Shown here: positions 1 to 13,410 of the stretch, in pieces
How the letters are laid out: every line of letters begins with the position of its first letter
Numbering within the stretch: position 1 is the stretch's first letter
Assembly (NCBI GenBank): GCA_028534125.1
Contig: CM052816.1
Span: 78,308,001 to 78,372,000, forward strand
DNA length: 64,000 nt
DNA from: Lama glama
Taxonomy: Eukaryota
Direction of reading: 5' to 3'
Notes under the pieces: generated by a model
Told to the model about the DNA's origin: nothing
Databases searched by the model: none
The model's input: the letters and a program-made list of their open reading frames with translations, nothing else
Made by a program: the position numbers and the translations under genes

Positions 1-166
1 TCTGGTTAGAGCAGGACTGGGAGTACCTTTTAATGTTTAGTTTCTCACTTGCCTTTAGGTGGTTTTTAGGCGAGTGGCTAATGTGAAACTCAAGATACCT
101 AAGACAGTAACAGCTGTTTGTTTCACTTCTTTTTTCTGGGGGGTGGGGTACTATTAATTTTAACAG

Positions 167-246
167 CATTCCACAGGAGCAGTTCACTGTCCAAGGGAAG
201 AACTGTTCGAGGCATGCATGGAGAAAAAATCAGCTGAACAGAAAGG
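167..246 (+). CDS. CPLANE1: CPLANE1 exon (HSTGAVHCPREELFEACMEKKSAEQK)
   Basis: taacag| acceptor, |gtaag donor, 80 nt; ends in phase 2, matching the next exon. Confidence 0.75.
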
Positions 247-684
247 GTAAGGGGGGGAAAGTGTGAAAGTGATTATAACTGCCTTGTTTACCTCACTGAA
301 CAAAGCCCAAGGTTTATCTGGGATTCACTTGATGAAGAGGGTTTTTTTCCCTCATAATTTACAATATATATTTTATGATGATATTGTGTTCCTAGTGAAA
401 TTGTAACTTCAATTTAATAGAAATGGCAATGATGATTTTTTAGTAAATGTTATACTTCTAAATCTTGGTAGCGTGATACAATGATACCTAAAACGCCTTT
501 TGTTCTATTACTATCAGCCTTATCAAAGTAAAATATAGCTGTAAACGGACCAGAGTGCATTCAGCTGCTAATTAGGGAAACTACTTTTCCATACTCATTC
601 CACTTTATTGGACCAAGTGAATAATCATCATGTGTCATAATATATATATATATATATCGTCTTTCACTGTTGTGGTATGAGAAC

Positions 685-739
685 CACACTGTCCATAGGG
701 CTGTGATGTACACACTGTCCATAGGGCCGTGATGTGCAC
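685..739. repeat. 26-bp tandem duplication
   Basis: cacactgtccatagggcYgtgatgtR x2. Confidence 0.9.
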
Positions 740-1380
740 GTGCTCTGCTAGCTAGCTTATCATTGCTTCAAGGAGAGCTGGAGGCGGTTTTCATTTGTTG
801 TAGTTTGAGCATGATTTCTTCATTTTTAGAGTTTTTGAAGTTTTAGAGTTTTAGAATTACCTTGGATAAGAGGAGCAACATAATTAGATTTTCTTTCTCT
901 TCTCATATATAAATTTTGTTTGGTTTTTCTGTGGATAATTAACAAAACAAATATGTTTAATGTCCTGTGCCTTTATAAGTAATATCAATATTTCTATTAA
1001 TAAAAAACTAGTCATTATAGTTGCAGGTGTGATAATGGGTTCTGTAGTGTTCCTGAGCAAAGTGTCTGCCTCTTCCTAAGTGAAATTTGAGGTCCCAGCT
1101 AACTTCATTTCCCCTTATTTTAGATTCTGTTATTTCTGTTGCCAAGCGCTTAGTAGTGTTCAAGTTGTTTGTTAAGCCATACAGACATATTCTTTGCTTT
1201 TGTTTGAATCTGCTACTAATTGCTATGGGGACGATGTAAACAGATTATAATTATGAGCTAAGCATTATAGAAGATTAGAGGATGGTTAGACTCTTAGATG
1301 ACTGAGCGTTAGATCACCTGTACCTTAGATAATGTGAAGAATATCTTGCTTCCTAATTGATTATTCATCTTTAATTACAG

Positions 1381-1458
1381 TATAATTGAAGCCTTTTCAG
1401 ATCCTGAGCACATCATTCCTCATTCATTTTGTGTAGATACAAGTTCAGAAGTTTCTAG
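1381..1458 (+). CDS. CPLANE1: CPLANE1 exon (IIEAFSDPEH...DTSSEVS)
   Basis: ttacag| ... |gtaaga, 78 nt, phase 2-2. Confidence 0.85.
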
Positions 1459-2910
1459 GTAAGAATTTCTGGGTACTGCACCATTTTGATATGATTACAA
1501 GTAGATAAGAGAATGAAGTTATGCCTACTGTACTGTTTTGAAATAATTACTAAGCATCTTGGCCAAAACCAAAAAATAAAATGAAAGCAGTATTAAGCAT
1601 TGAAAGTGAGATACACATTGAAATAGATACACATTTCTGACACCTTTAAGTTTGTTATTGAAAGAGTAGTTTTAAAGACATAAGGAACTATTTTAGAACA
1701 AGTCTTTTCTGAAAAAAAGTAGTTGATTCATTACTGAATGATGTAGTTGTTGCTCATTTTCAGCCTGTAAGAGATTTCTAATAGCATATGAAATCCTTTG
1801 AATTCTCTCATAGAACAGATTCATCCAGTTCTGTCTTTTGAACTTCTTTTACAGCAGTTGAACAGTGTGTATAGTATTTACAAATTACGTTGAAATAGGA
1901 GAATGATACAGCACAGCTTTACTTTAGAAAAATTCTCCATAATTAGAATTTATCTCCTTGCTACTTGTAGAAAGTAAAGGCCAATAAAGTTGTCTTAAAA
2001 TAGGCAAGTCAGTTGTAATGCCTGTTTTTCATGGATTTGTCAAACACAGTTTTGTTATTAAGCACATGAAATGCTTGATAAAAGACAAATATTATTGCTG
2101 AAAGAGAATGAGTGTAAACCCAAATAAATCTACATTCAATTTAATGTGTTATTTTCTTTTTAGAGACGATCAGTTAATTTGGATGTGATAGTGCCTGCTC
2201 CCTAACTTAGTTTATGAAATTGATTTGCTTAGAAAATAGAGTAAAACATCTCTGTTTTAAGGAATCATCCCCAATCATTTTTTTTTAAATTTAAAACTTA
2301 CTTTCATCTTTAATTTTTATTTCCAAATAGCATTTTTTGTTAGGGTTTAATTATAAACATGAACTCTGATTTGTTTGGAGATGAAATATTCACAAGACTA
2401 TTGTTTCACGTTTAATGACGATCAGCAGGGGTTTGCTTTACCCATCCCAGAATTAAACATTTTTTTAACCCATACATTTCCTAGTTTCCTTGATTCCACT
2501 CTGGATTAATAAATTTATCTGCCCCCAAATATATTCCTAAGCCAAATTACATAGTCTGTACAGCTAATCAGAGTGATTGCACAGGTCTCAAACTCAGATG
2601 CCTACAGGGACCCGGCAAGTAAAATTAATGTGTGAACTGTCCTGGATTGTAACACCATAAGGCGGGGGCCGTGGCCCACTAGACAACATGTCCACTAATA
2701 AAGGCATTTGGATAAATAACTGTGCTGATGACAAATGGGTCTGGGGCCTGAGGGGTGCAGTGAGATAGGCTTTAGGGTTCAAATTTTCTGGAAAACTTCC
2801 AGAAAACCTTTAAAGTAGAAGAAAAAAGTAAGCTCAAAATATCCAGATTATCAATATCTAATTTGTTTTTTCTTGATTAGTGTATTTTTTATTTATATGC
2901 TTCCATGTAG

Positions 2911-3103
2911 TGCACAGATCTCTGCATGTAAAGATAAATCCTCCTCAGCTCCACCTTTGGCACCAAATGGAATTGATGTTTCTTCACAAACACCTCTGCC
3001 AACAGCTCAGCCAGCCTCGAGAAATGAACCCAGGGCTCAGTTAATGCATTCTTCCGATTCTGTTAGGCAGATGCTCCAAGATGAAATGTTTAAATTAGTT
3101 CAG
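2911..3103 (+). CDS. CPLANE1: CPLANE1 exon (AQISACKDK...QDEMFKLVQ)
   Basis: atgtag| ... |gtaagc, 193 nt, within ORF 2873..3154. Confidence 0.9.
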
Positions 3104-4534
3104 GTAAGCACATCTCCATATAAACAAGTAAATCTACACGCGATATGTATGTAAGTTTCTAAAATATGAACAAACTTCGAGAAACAGACAAGTTAAAATT
3201 AAAATTACAGGGTTTCTCTGCTTTGGGCACTCTTCATTTGTCATTCAGAAGTTCCTTACTCTAGGGCTTAGAGTCTAGGCTGAGTTCCCTACTTCTCATG
3301 ATTTTTTTTTTACTGAGCTCGTGGGGATGTGGAGCTGCTCACAAAAGGGAGGTGGGGGGTAATCAAACCAGACGAGAGGACTCCTGCTGAAAGGTATCCA
3401 AAGTTTATTTTCTAACACAGCCTGTCACATCCTGTTTATCACTCTCAACCCAGTGTTGGCTTGTTTGAAATCGTCAGCTACATTTTAAACTACTGTTTGC
3501 TTTGACTTCTGTCTTTTTCTCACCTGGTTACCCTTTTCTCTGTCAACAATTTAAAAATTATTTCCTTTCTCTGTTTTATTCCTTAAACTTTAATTTCCCT
3601 CCGATCTAATATTCTCTTCACGTGTTCTGCATTCACTACCATATTTTTTTATGTGATGCAGTGTACCATTTTCATGTTGATAATTCTTGGCACTAATTTT
3701 CTCTTTGAACTTATGGGCCTTGATAGGAATACTTTTTCAGCATGTCTCACCTTTCCGTGGAACTTATTGAAACTGATTTTATTTTCATTCTGCTGAGCCT
3801 CTTCTTCCCCTTTTCTGTTTAGTAGCATGACCGAGTCTACATGCTTGAAGTTTCACAAGCATTTGTCAGACTTGTTGTTTGGATTACCTAGGGACTTTGC
3901 TGGTCACTGCCCTGTGTATTTAACAAGTTCTCCAGATAATTCTGATGCACACAAAAGACTGAGAAGCACTGTCTTAGAGAGTCGTCTTTATCTTCTTTCA
4001 TTACCCATATCCAGTGTTTTACCGTGCCCCCTTGGCTCTTTTGCCCACATCGTATGTCAGTACAGCCACTTGCTATTTCTGTAAGTGTAGCCAACCTTAG
4101 ATTCTTAGAACTTCACACTTCCAGTGTCTTATATGTGCATTTCTAAGACATTTTTCTTCAGATATTGTTTTAATATTGTTATTTTCCTGTTTTAAAGTCT
4201 TCAGTCAATTTCAGATACAAATTTGTATACTATATATCAATCATGTTTTAAAAATACAGAGAGTGAAAGGAAATATACTAAAAATGTCAATACTAGTTAT
4301 CTTTGGGTCTAGGATTATGAATGATTTTTTTCTTTTTTATGCTACTTTGCTCTTTTCTAGAGGAAGCATGTATTTCTTTTATAATTAAAGGGAACCTATT
4401 TTTTTATTTTTTTTTTTACAGCCTGCAGTGTTTCCCTGTTGATTTGTTTTATGAAGTGCAGATTCTTCTTTTGGGCTTGAAAGATCCCATGACCAGCTTT
4501 ACCACCCTCTTTTTGCACCATACTCTCACAAGTC

Positions 4535-4719
4535 CAGTAGTTCTCAAAGTGTGGGCCCTGGACCATTAACACCAGCATCACTTAGATGTTAGAAACACAA
4601 ATTCTTAGGCCCCCATCCCAGTATTGAAATCAGAAACTCTGGGGATGGGGTCTCAGCAGAGAGAGCTCTGACAGGTCCTCCAGGTGACTCTGATGCATGC
4701 TGATGTTTGAGAACTACTG
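4535..4719. mobile_element. MER5A-type hAT-Charlie MITE
   Basis: Perfect 14-bp TIRs cagtagttctcaaa/tttgagaactactg; internal aatcagaaactctgggg motif. Confidence 0.85.
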
Positions 4720-5407
4720 TGGTAACCTCTCTTCTCATTAGCTGTAAATTTCCTGCTCCCTGTAAGCCAGTGTGTATGTTAATGGTCCCCAAGATTTTTT
4801 GCACATTGAAATCACCTGGTCATCTCAAAAAATTCTAATCCTGCTCATATACCCAGACACTCTGATTTTAATAGTGTGGAGTGTGACCTAGCCATCAAGA
4901 CTTTTTTTAATGCCCCTCGGGGGATTTTATCGTTCAGGGTTTGTCAGCCACTGTGCATGTCCTCTCCTTTCACTCAGTCAGCTCTTCCACAGAAATTCTT
5001 CGTTTTTCACCTGCTTGCTAATCTCTGCTTTTTTCTTGCCTGGAAACCTGTTCACAGCACACCCATTTTAGGAATTCTTTCATTATCCTCACCCACTCCA
5101 TCAGATCACTCCTTTATGAACCTTGGGATATTTATGTAAACTGCTTTACAGATAGTCCCAAGTCTCATTATGAATTCATATTCCCAGTTCACAACTCCTT
5201 GAAGACAGGAAGCTATTCTTCTTTTTCTTTTTTTGAAAAAAAAAAAAAAACTCATCCAGCTATGCTTCCTGCTCAGCATTTACGGGTCTGACAAGACATC
5301 AGTAAGACGGAAGTATGACTGTTCTGGAATACCCAGGTAATTGTTGCTGCTTCTTTAGGTTCTTCTCATTACACTAAGATGTTTCTTTAATTATTATTTT
5401 ATTCTAG

Positions 5408-5695
5408 CTGCAACAGATCAATTTCATGAGCCTGATGCAAATAGTAGGATCATCCTTTGCTAACCTCCCGGGTGTGCATCAACTTCTACAGCAGCCTCAG
5501 TCTGTGCATTTGGTGGGAAGCCAAGTATCAAACCCCACAAGAGGGAGCAATGATGTTGAAGACACCAGTAGAAATCTGAAGGAGAGATTTTTCATTAACC
5601 CACAACCCATGGGAGACTGCGCCAGAGAGCCTGGCAAGAACAGTCCTCACTGCCATGAAGAAGTTGTGCAGTCTGGCAGTAACAGAAGTCTAAAG
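5408..5695 (+). CDS. CPLANE1: CPLANE1 exon (LQQINFMSLMQIVGSSF...NRSLK)
   Basis: ttctag| ... |gtagtg, 288 nt, phase 0-0. Confidence 0.9.
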
Positions 5696-5876
5696 GTAGT
5701 GCGTTTAAATCATGCTGTTAAAGTTGTCCTGGTAGTTCAGTTGTTGGTTATTTGAGTAAGTAACTTTTTTAGCACTTATTATATTCTACCCCTTCCAAAG
5801 CATATTGAACATCATTTACAAAACAAGGAGTTTGTAATGTATTTTAAACTTATATAATAGCTTTTTTTAATTCCAG

Positions 5877-6647
5877 AATATTCCACATGGGAGTGTTTCA
5901 TCTTGTCAATTAGAAGGCCATCCCCAGAATAGAGGACTAACTGCACCATCTCAGAGCTTACCAACCACTTTACTGTCTCCAGCTGCTGATGGAACTGCTC
6001 ACCTCCACCTTTTGTCCACATCTTCTGCCATTCCAAAGACACCTAAACTTATCCCATCTGCAAAAGCTTTCAGACCTGGTGATCGTTTTCCTTTGCTTCA
6101 GTTTCAGCCTAAGCATGAATTTAAGCCCCTTTCCTTACATACAGGAAGAGTCCCAGAAGTTCCCTCCAGGCCTCTGCCGCAGCCAAGAGAGGCTTGGGGA
6201 TTATCTGATTTCTTCCAACCTCCTTTGCCAAAGAGTACAATGGACACTACTTCAATGTCCCATTTGAATTCAAGCCAGTGTAATACTGAAACTGTAGAAA
6301 AAGCAGTGGAGCAGAAGAAATGGGCAGAAACAATAATTACAGAAATCCCTAAGCATGCGAGCTTGGATCAGAATGTTGGACAAGAACACCTGACACCTCA
6401 ACAGGACTCTTCAACATTTATAAAACCAGAAAAGCTGTTTGATGTTAAACCAGGGCCCTTTGAGATACCTCCTCAGAGTTCCCTTGGACTTCCATTATTG
6501 CACCTGCAACTTAAACCTCCTTTTATGTTTTCCTCTGTCTCAAGGGCATCAGTTACAGTTCCATCAATACCTGTTAGAGCTAGAGCAGAAGAAAGAAAAT
6601 ACCCAGGACTGTCACTACTTCATTCATGTCTATCTTCAGAAAACATG
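5877..6647 (+). CDS. CPLANE1: CPLANE1 large exon (NIPHGS...LSSENM)
   Basis: ttccag| ... |gtaatg, 771 nt open, includes most of ORF 6012..6668. Confidence 0.9.
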
Positions 6648-7867
6648 GTAATGATTTTTGCAGAGTGATACAAAAACACAGTCCTGCATTTTTCATACCA
6701 TAAATATACACTCAATGAAAAGCTCTTACATATCTCTTTTTTAAAAAATAATGCTTTTGTTATTGAAAATGGCATAAAAATTTAGTTTAAAATAATATTT
6801 GGGTATCTTAAAGATTTTATGTCTCTCTTGTACATCAATACCAGAGTTTTCTAGACTCTCATAGATATTTCTGAGATTCTGCTCAGAGAAGAAATAAGTA
6901 AAATAAAATGACCAGTAGTCTTGTTCATGTGTGTAGGGCTGTGTGCGTATGTTTGCACATGTGTGTGTGCATGCCTGTCTGCCTATCTAGAGAACATTGT
7001 TTGAGGTTCCTAGCAATTGTGAGATGATTGCTTTCAAATCTGTTACAGGTTAAAATTGTTAAATAGACTCAGGTCTATAAATAGTATTAAAAAATTGTAT
7101 CGTTTTAAAGTAGTTAAAATACAAAGATTAAATCTTTATAGATCTACCAAATCCTCTTTAAAGTTGTAACCTTCGGTTTACGAGATTTAGGTTGTGTAGG
7201 TTCTAATTTTGTAAGCCAGTAATTGGGTAATTGAGTAGTTGATTGTCTGTTGCACTTTTAAGATTTGAAGATGGTCTTGGAAAAGAAATGGTTGTTCTTT
7301 TCTTAACCATGTACCTAACCATGCCTTCTTTTCTTCTGAACATTTTAAGAACAGAAAAGAAAGGATTAAAAGAGTGGGAAAGTAGACATTTTGAGATGGT
7401 TTTAAAAAAAACTTAAAGTTAGTATAGTGTCATGACCCATGGAGTTACCATCATTCAGCATTGGTGATTATCAACATATTGCTAATCAGTTCCTTTCATA
7501 ATCTCCACCCCCCTGCATTCTCCCTGTTCCAAAGAATTTTGAATCAAATACTAGATAGTATATAATTTCAATTATAGGAAGGAAGATTTCTAAAATGAAA
7601 AAGAAATTAAGAAGATGAGGACTTCTAGCTTAATTTCTGAAATAAGATGCCCAGTTGAAATTTTCAGAAAATGGTATCTAAAATCATTTATTCTTTAAGA
7701 TCTGGATACTCATCTTAGCAGTCCAGTCAATTTGTTATCTTTGCTATGTTCTATCTCTTGCAAATCTTAGTTTAATATAAACAAATGTTTTTCTCAATTT
7801 TTAATTTATATATTGCACATTTGAGGTTTATCATTTAAAATCACAATGCCTTGTTTCTTTCTTATAG

Positions 7868-8034
7868 TACCAAAAACCGCAGCTTATTCCACTTGAAAAC
7901 GTCATTGCTTTTAAACAAAGCCAACAGAAATTAACACATAATTTATTTGAACAAGGTGATCCTGGACACTTCCAGCTTCTAAAGGTCAAAATAGAATCAT
8001 CTGAAGTGAGACAAGTAAAGGACAGTAAAAAAAG
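7868..8034 (+). CDS. CPLANE1: CPLANE1 exon (YQKPQLIPLENV...KDSKK), GC donor
   Basis: ttatag| acceptor, AG|gcaagt donor, 167 nt, phase 0-2. Confidence 0.85.
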
Positions 8035-9122
8035 GCAAGTTTTAAGTGAAATTTTATTTGAACATATCACATACCTGCAAGTTTATTAATAGTGACCAGC
8101 TGGAAGTTATCTGGTTCAATCTCCCAGCCTGTACATAATTGCCTATTCAATTTCCTTGTCAAGTGTTATACATTTGGACACATCCTGTGATGAGGAAAAT
8201 TCCTATATTGTTAGAAACAAATACTATTTTTTTTCCATTTTATTAAGGAATTTTTTCCTCACATTCATAGGCTATGGGTTTCTTTTACATTTTTCTGTAA
8301 CAGAATGAGCAGTCATGTTTTGCAGCACAGATATTTGGTGTTTCATGCAGTATTCCATTTACTATCCCGTACACTAAACTAACATTTATTGTTATTCATC
8401 TTACCATATCCTCCAGACTCTCATAGAGGAGGCAGGAGGGTAGGTGATGTGAATTGTTTCAGGGCACTAAGAAATGTGCGTGTAAAAAAAAAAAGCAAGG
8501 CTGCGACCTATAGTGAGGAGCATTTGTAGTGTTTTATTCATAACGGATGTTCAATACATGTGTTGACTGGTAGATTACTACTGAGTCTAGACACTTAAAA
8601 AAATTCGCATTTATCAGACCCTAAAATCTACTACCAGTGCTCTCTCCAGAAATAGTTCTTTCCTTCCATCTTTTCCAGGTAAACTCCCTTCAGAGTAAGG
8701 TTTCCCCTTTGCTTTTTTGGGCCCTCTTTCCTCCTTGCTGGGATTTCCTCCTTGTGGAGCTGACTAAGTTTGCTGTTTAAATAGTAAGTGGAGGTATCTG
8801 ATAGAGTTTCTGGGGCCAGTTTAGAATCTCAGAAAAGAGAATTTCAAAATTGTCCAAAAGTTGTAACTCTAACCTGAGATTCTAGAGACTAACAGAAAAG
8901 TCAGTTCAGTAGTAGAGGAGCTAGAAGTAATTTTCATGTGACCTGACTGCTGCTTGTATTTGCTTGTATTCTAGCAGAACATCTTGCTAATTTAATTAAA
9001 TGCCATTGAAAATAATTTATTTACGTAATTGTGATAACTGTCTCCCTATTTAGCATGATAAAAACGAAAAACTGATGTTATTAATATAGTAGAAATATAT
9101 TTTACACTATTGTTTTTAACAG

Positions 9123-9255
9123 GCAAAGACGACGAGCTGAAAAAGAGCTGCAAGAAAAAAGATCAGAGAAGCTAAGGAGAAAACCAAGTGTGGCTTTCCA
9201 GCCAGAGGATTCCATCATTGATGATAATAATCCAGAAATAGTTATGAAACCCAAG
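9123..9255 (+). CDS. CPLANE1: CPLANE1 exon (QRRRAEKELQEK...MKPK)
   Basis: taacag| ... |gtaacg, 133 nt. Confidence 0.9.
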
Positions 9256-10113
9256 GTAACGAGAAACCACAATATGTTCTCCCCTAGTTTACGCGTACAC
9301 AGACTTTGGAATGTCTCTGTGGTTTGTCTAGTCTTCTGAGTGCTGGGAGCTTCTGATTGTGACTGGGAGGATCTTAGCGCCAGTAAGTACATGAATCCCT
9401 CTGTGCAAAGCAGATGTGCAGCTGTGAATGTGTAAAGCAGCTGGATGGTGAATCAAGAAACTGGTTTAGAGCATCTGCTTGTGTGACTTTTTTATACTTG
9501 AAATCACTGCTTTTTTCTGTGACATCTTCACACATACCATGTGTTATTGGGTTTTTCCTATAATAGTTTCACTTGTCTCTTTAGGTGCCTTTTGGATTCC
9601 CCAAACATAGGTTTGTTATACAACCTGTATTTTTAATCTTATCTTTTCAAACATTCCTTCTAAATTTGGTGACTTATTTACCTATTTTTGCAACAAGAGA
9701 TTAAATAAACAGGAACAATTTTATTTACGTGAATTTTTTAAAAGGCACACTTTTTCAGCAAGTCCTTAAGAACATGTCTGGAGGTGTACATGTTAGAATA
9801 TTGAGTCCATAAACAGTTTTGATACCATTTGAGTGTTAAAGCTACTCTGCAGGAGAGCATTACATACCATAATTTAGTTACTACATTAAACTGGTAATGC
9901 TCTTTTTTTTAATTGTTTGACTTGTGAATTTCATGAAGTCCTTTGTAGACTTACTTCAATAGAGTAAGTAATTTGATAGGATAAATATTTCTAGAATTGC
10001 AGGATTTAACCTATACCTAAAAAATCAATACTCTTCATAGCTATTGAATATTATTTCAAAATAATAAGTGTATTTGAGTTAATCATTAATTGATCATTTG
10101 GGGGTTCATTTAG

Positions 10114-10168
10114 GAGCAACAGGAACATTGTGATTCCCAGCCATTGGATGACTTTGACATTTCTTTTG
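10114..10168 (+). CDS. CPLANE1: CPLANE1 exon (EQQEHCDSQPLDDFDISF)
   Basis: atttag| ... |gtatgt, 55 nt, phase 0-1. Confidence 0.85.
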
Positions 10169-10331
10169 GTATGTATATGCATGATTAATATTAATACAGT
10201 GTCTCCATTCAGAGTTAAAATCAGCTCTCTCAAACTATATGTATAAAAATGAGACAGTTATTTTCATGTTATCTTTGACAAGATGGTGTGTGTATGTGTG
10301 TATATGTATTTGCTTTGATGTGTTATCCAGT

Positions 10332-10566
10332 AGAGCCGTGGTTAACAAGTTATAGCCTGCAGGCCAGATCTGGACCATATCTGTTGTTGTAAATCAAGTT
10401 TTATTGAAACACAGGCATGCCCATGTATTTACACGTTTTCTGTGCTGGCTTTTGCACTGCAGCAGGGTTCATTTGTTGAGAAAGGGGCCATACGGTCCAC
10501 AAAGCCTAATATATTATTATCATATAATATATGACTCTTTATGGAAAAGATTTACCAACCCCTACT
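10332..10566. mobile_element. MER58A-like hAT MITE
   Basis: ggccagatctgg...gtaaatcaagttttattgaaacacagg...tttaccaacccct motifs. Confidence 0.75.
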
Positions 10567-11584
10567 AGTGGGGCAATGCAATTAACTGGAATCTCAAATA
10601 AGATACTGATATATAAGGCCTAAAGGGAAATTATGGAAGAACATGCCTAGGGTCAAACTGATCCTAGAAAACACATGCACATAGTAAAGGAACCAGTTCA
10701 GAAAAGAGAGCTTGTTTATAGGTAGTGAATTATTTTCTTTCTTGAATTGGTCAGTTTACTTCTTGCCACTGAATGTACATTCCCCAAGGTTTTCTCTTCG
10801 GTATTTTTCACACACATACACACACTCTTGTGCCTCTAGAGCCATTCACTCTCATGGGTTTGGCTCTTAAAGTTTTTTTTTGATGACACTCAAGTATACA
10901 CCTACCCTCTCTCATCTTTCTTTTCTACTTTCACCTTAAATTCAGTAAGTCCAGAGTTTAAACCGGCATCTTCCTGTTAGTGATAGCACCATTCTTCTGA
11001 CTGGTTGAGATTTTTACCTTGGAAGTGGCCCTCTGTTGCCCCACTCCTTCACTTAGTCCTTGACATGGTCCCCTCCCTTCCTCCGTGCCCCTGACCAGCA
11101 TCAGGCCCCCGAGTGCCCGCGCCGAGCAGCTGTCTCCTCACTGACCTGCGTAGCCTCCTGATCCATCTGGTGCGCTGCTTTCCCACTCAGTTGTCTTAAA
11201 ACTACTTTCTTTTTTCATTCTTAGTAACATATTCTCCTCTTCATAAAGATAATACGTATTCACTGGAGAAAATTTAGAAAACACAAACAAGGGAATAAGA
11301 CAAATATTAAAATCTCCCATAATCCTTTTGTCTAGAGATAACTAGTATTACTATTCTAACAGAGTTTATTTTCTGAATGTCTACTCACATATATCTACAA
11401 ATGCACATGTATTTAAAAAGAATACCTCCTCTACTTGTTTTAACTCACTGTTTTTACAGACTAGTATTAAGGTATGTCTCTTCCCATATCACTAGATATT
11501 ATTCTATAACGTCATATAAAATGACCACATAGTACTCCAGTCATTGGAGTGGATGTGTATTATGTCATTTTAAGCAATAATTCT

Positions 11585-12285
11585 CTGTTTTCTGGCACTG
11601 AATGTCTGATAATTCAATTCAATTATAATACTACTAGTGTAGAGATAACACAGACCCCACAGGTTAAGGGCTCAGTCCCAAAAGACTGTACTTCAGACAC
11701 CAGCTGTGAAAGTGGTTCCCAACACCTACATTTCTGTTCGGTCAACTACAGATTCGGGGGTTCCCATGATGCCCCCTCCAGGTTAACTACTTTGCCAGAA
11801 CAACACCAGGACTAAGAAAAGTGCTTGGCTTGTGATCACAGTTTCATTATAAAGGATACAGCTCAGGAGCAGCCAAATGGAAGAGATACATAGGGCAGGG
11901 TGGGGTCTGGGGGCACAGCACTCCCACACCGTCTTTGGGTGCACCACCCTCCTCACACATACTCCTACTCACCAACCTAAAGACCCCTTAGCTCATCGTT
12001 CCAGGGGTTTTACTGAAATTTCATTACATAGACACGACTGATTACATCATTGGCCATTGGCGATTGAACACCATCTGCAGCTGCTCTCCGCTGTCCAAAG
12101 GTGGGAGTGGGGTGGCCTGATGCTTGTTCGTTCCTCTGGTGACCAGCACCCATTCTGAAACTGTCCAGGGGCCTGCCGAGAGTCACCTCATTAGCATAAA
12201 CTCAGGTATCAAAAGGAGCTCATCATGAATAACAGAAGATGCTCCTATCACTCAGGAAATTCTTGTGGTTTAAGGAGTTCTGTGT
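11585..12285. mobile_element. LTR remnant (MER21-like, ERVL group)
   Basis: cagaccccacaggttaagggctcagtccca and agtcacctcattagcataaactcagg motifs; family assigned from memory. Confidence 0.6.
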
Positions 12286-12747
12286 CATATATTTGTCAAG
12301 AACTTCCTTTGTATAAATTTATCTGCTCTCTTTTTCTCACCATTACAAGGTGCTTATCTGAACTGCTGCAGTAGCCTCGTCTATCTGATTGCCTTACTTT
12401 AATTTTGTCCACTCGAGTTTATGTCCCACACACTGGCTGGGGTGGTTTTTCTAGACCGTGAATCTGACCATATCCCTTCCCTGCTTAACAGTTTCTACTG
12501 GATCTTCAGCAGCGAGAAGAATAAGTTTCTAGCCTGGGCATACAGGGTCCTCCACAATTTTGGTTTTGATTCCACTAGACTGCCTTTGAGGATCAGCTTA
12601 GACACTACCTCATTCAGAAAGTGCATTTTGTTACATCCCAACACCCCACAGCTCACCTTCCTTGAGTTAGGTACTCTGCTTCTAGGCTCCTGGTAATATG
12701 TTGGTTTCTCAATGAACTTTTTCTAATATTTTATTGCTATATTTAAG

Positions 12748-12852
12748 AAAAGCTCCAGAATGATATAAATACTTCAGCTGGATTGCATTTCATGGCCTCT
12801 GTAAGAAAGAAAGCTATAGAATGTCAGGATGCAAGTACAAATACAGACCCAG
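12748..12852 (+). CDS. CPLANE1: CPLANE1 exon (KLQNDINTSAGLHFMAS...STNTDP)
   Basis: tttaag| ... |gtaaag, 105 nt, phase 1-1. Confidence 0.88.
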
Positions 12853-13305
12853 GTAAAGTGCTATTTTACTTTAATTTTTAAAATTCATTTATTTTGTGGT
12901 ATTTAATATATCTTGACTTTTTCTTCAAAACAGTGATTAAAAGAGAATTTAAAATTATGTGATATTAATTACTCATTCCAGGTTCTTGCCCACAGCCCTG
13001 GTATATACTTTTCAAATTTAAAACTAAAATTAACTTTTAAATTGAATTTATGATAACTTAATTAAAACACAATAAGTATTTGTTAAAAAGTTCCGTTAAT
13101 TTACTTTACTGAAATTTCATACTTGAGATTGAGAGGCCTGAAGCTGTGAAGATGAGTTAGGAAGAAGAATAGACTGGGTTTAGTGTGGGAAGAGTGTATG
13201 TAACTGTGTCCAAGTATAGAGGAAATAAATGTTGGAGGAGCTATTATTTGGAATTTGGCCTGACAAACTTCTTTAATGTAAGTGCTCTGCTCTTTGTATT
13301 GTCCT

Positions 13306-13410
13306 GATTATTATTATGATTATTATTTTTTAAATGAAGGTACTGGGGATTGAACCTAGGACCTGTGCATGCTAAGCATGAGCTCTACCGCTGAGCTATT
13401 TCCCTCCCCC
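13306..13410 (-). mobile_element. Camelid tRNA-derived SINE (Vic-1 type)
   Basis: Reverse complement of gggg..tagctcagcggtagag..cttagcatgcac.ggtcct.ggttcaatccccagtacc plus (TAA)n tail. Confidence 0.85.

Noticed and set aside
50..115. Possible small exon after gcctttag at the window start
   Set aside because: No recognisable peptide and upstream context is missing; cannot be supported
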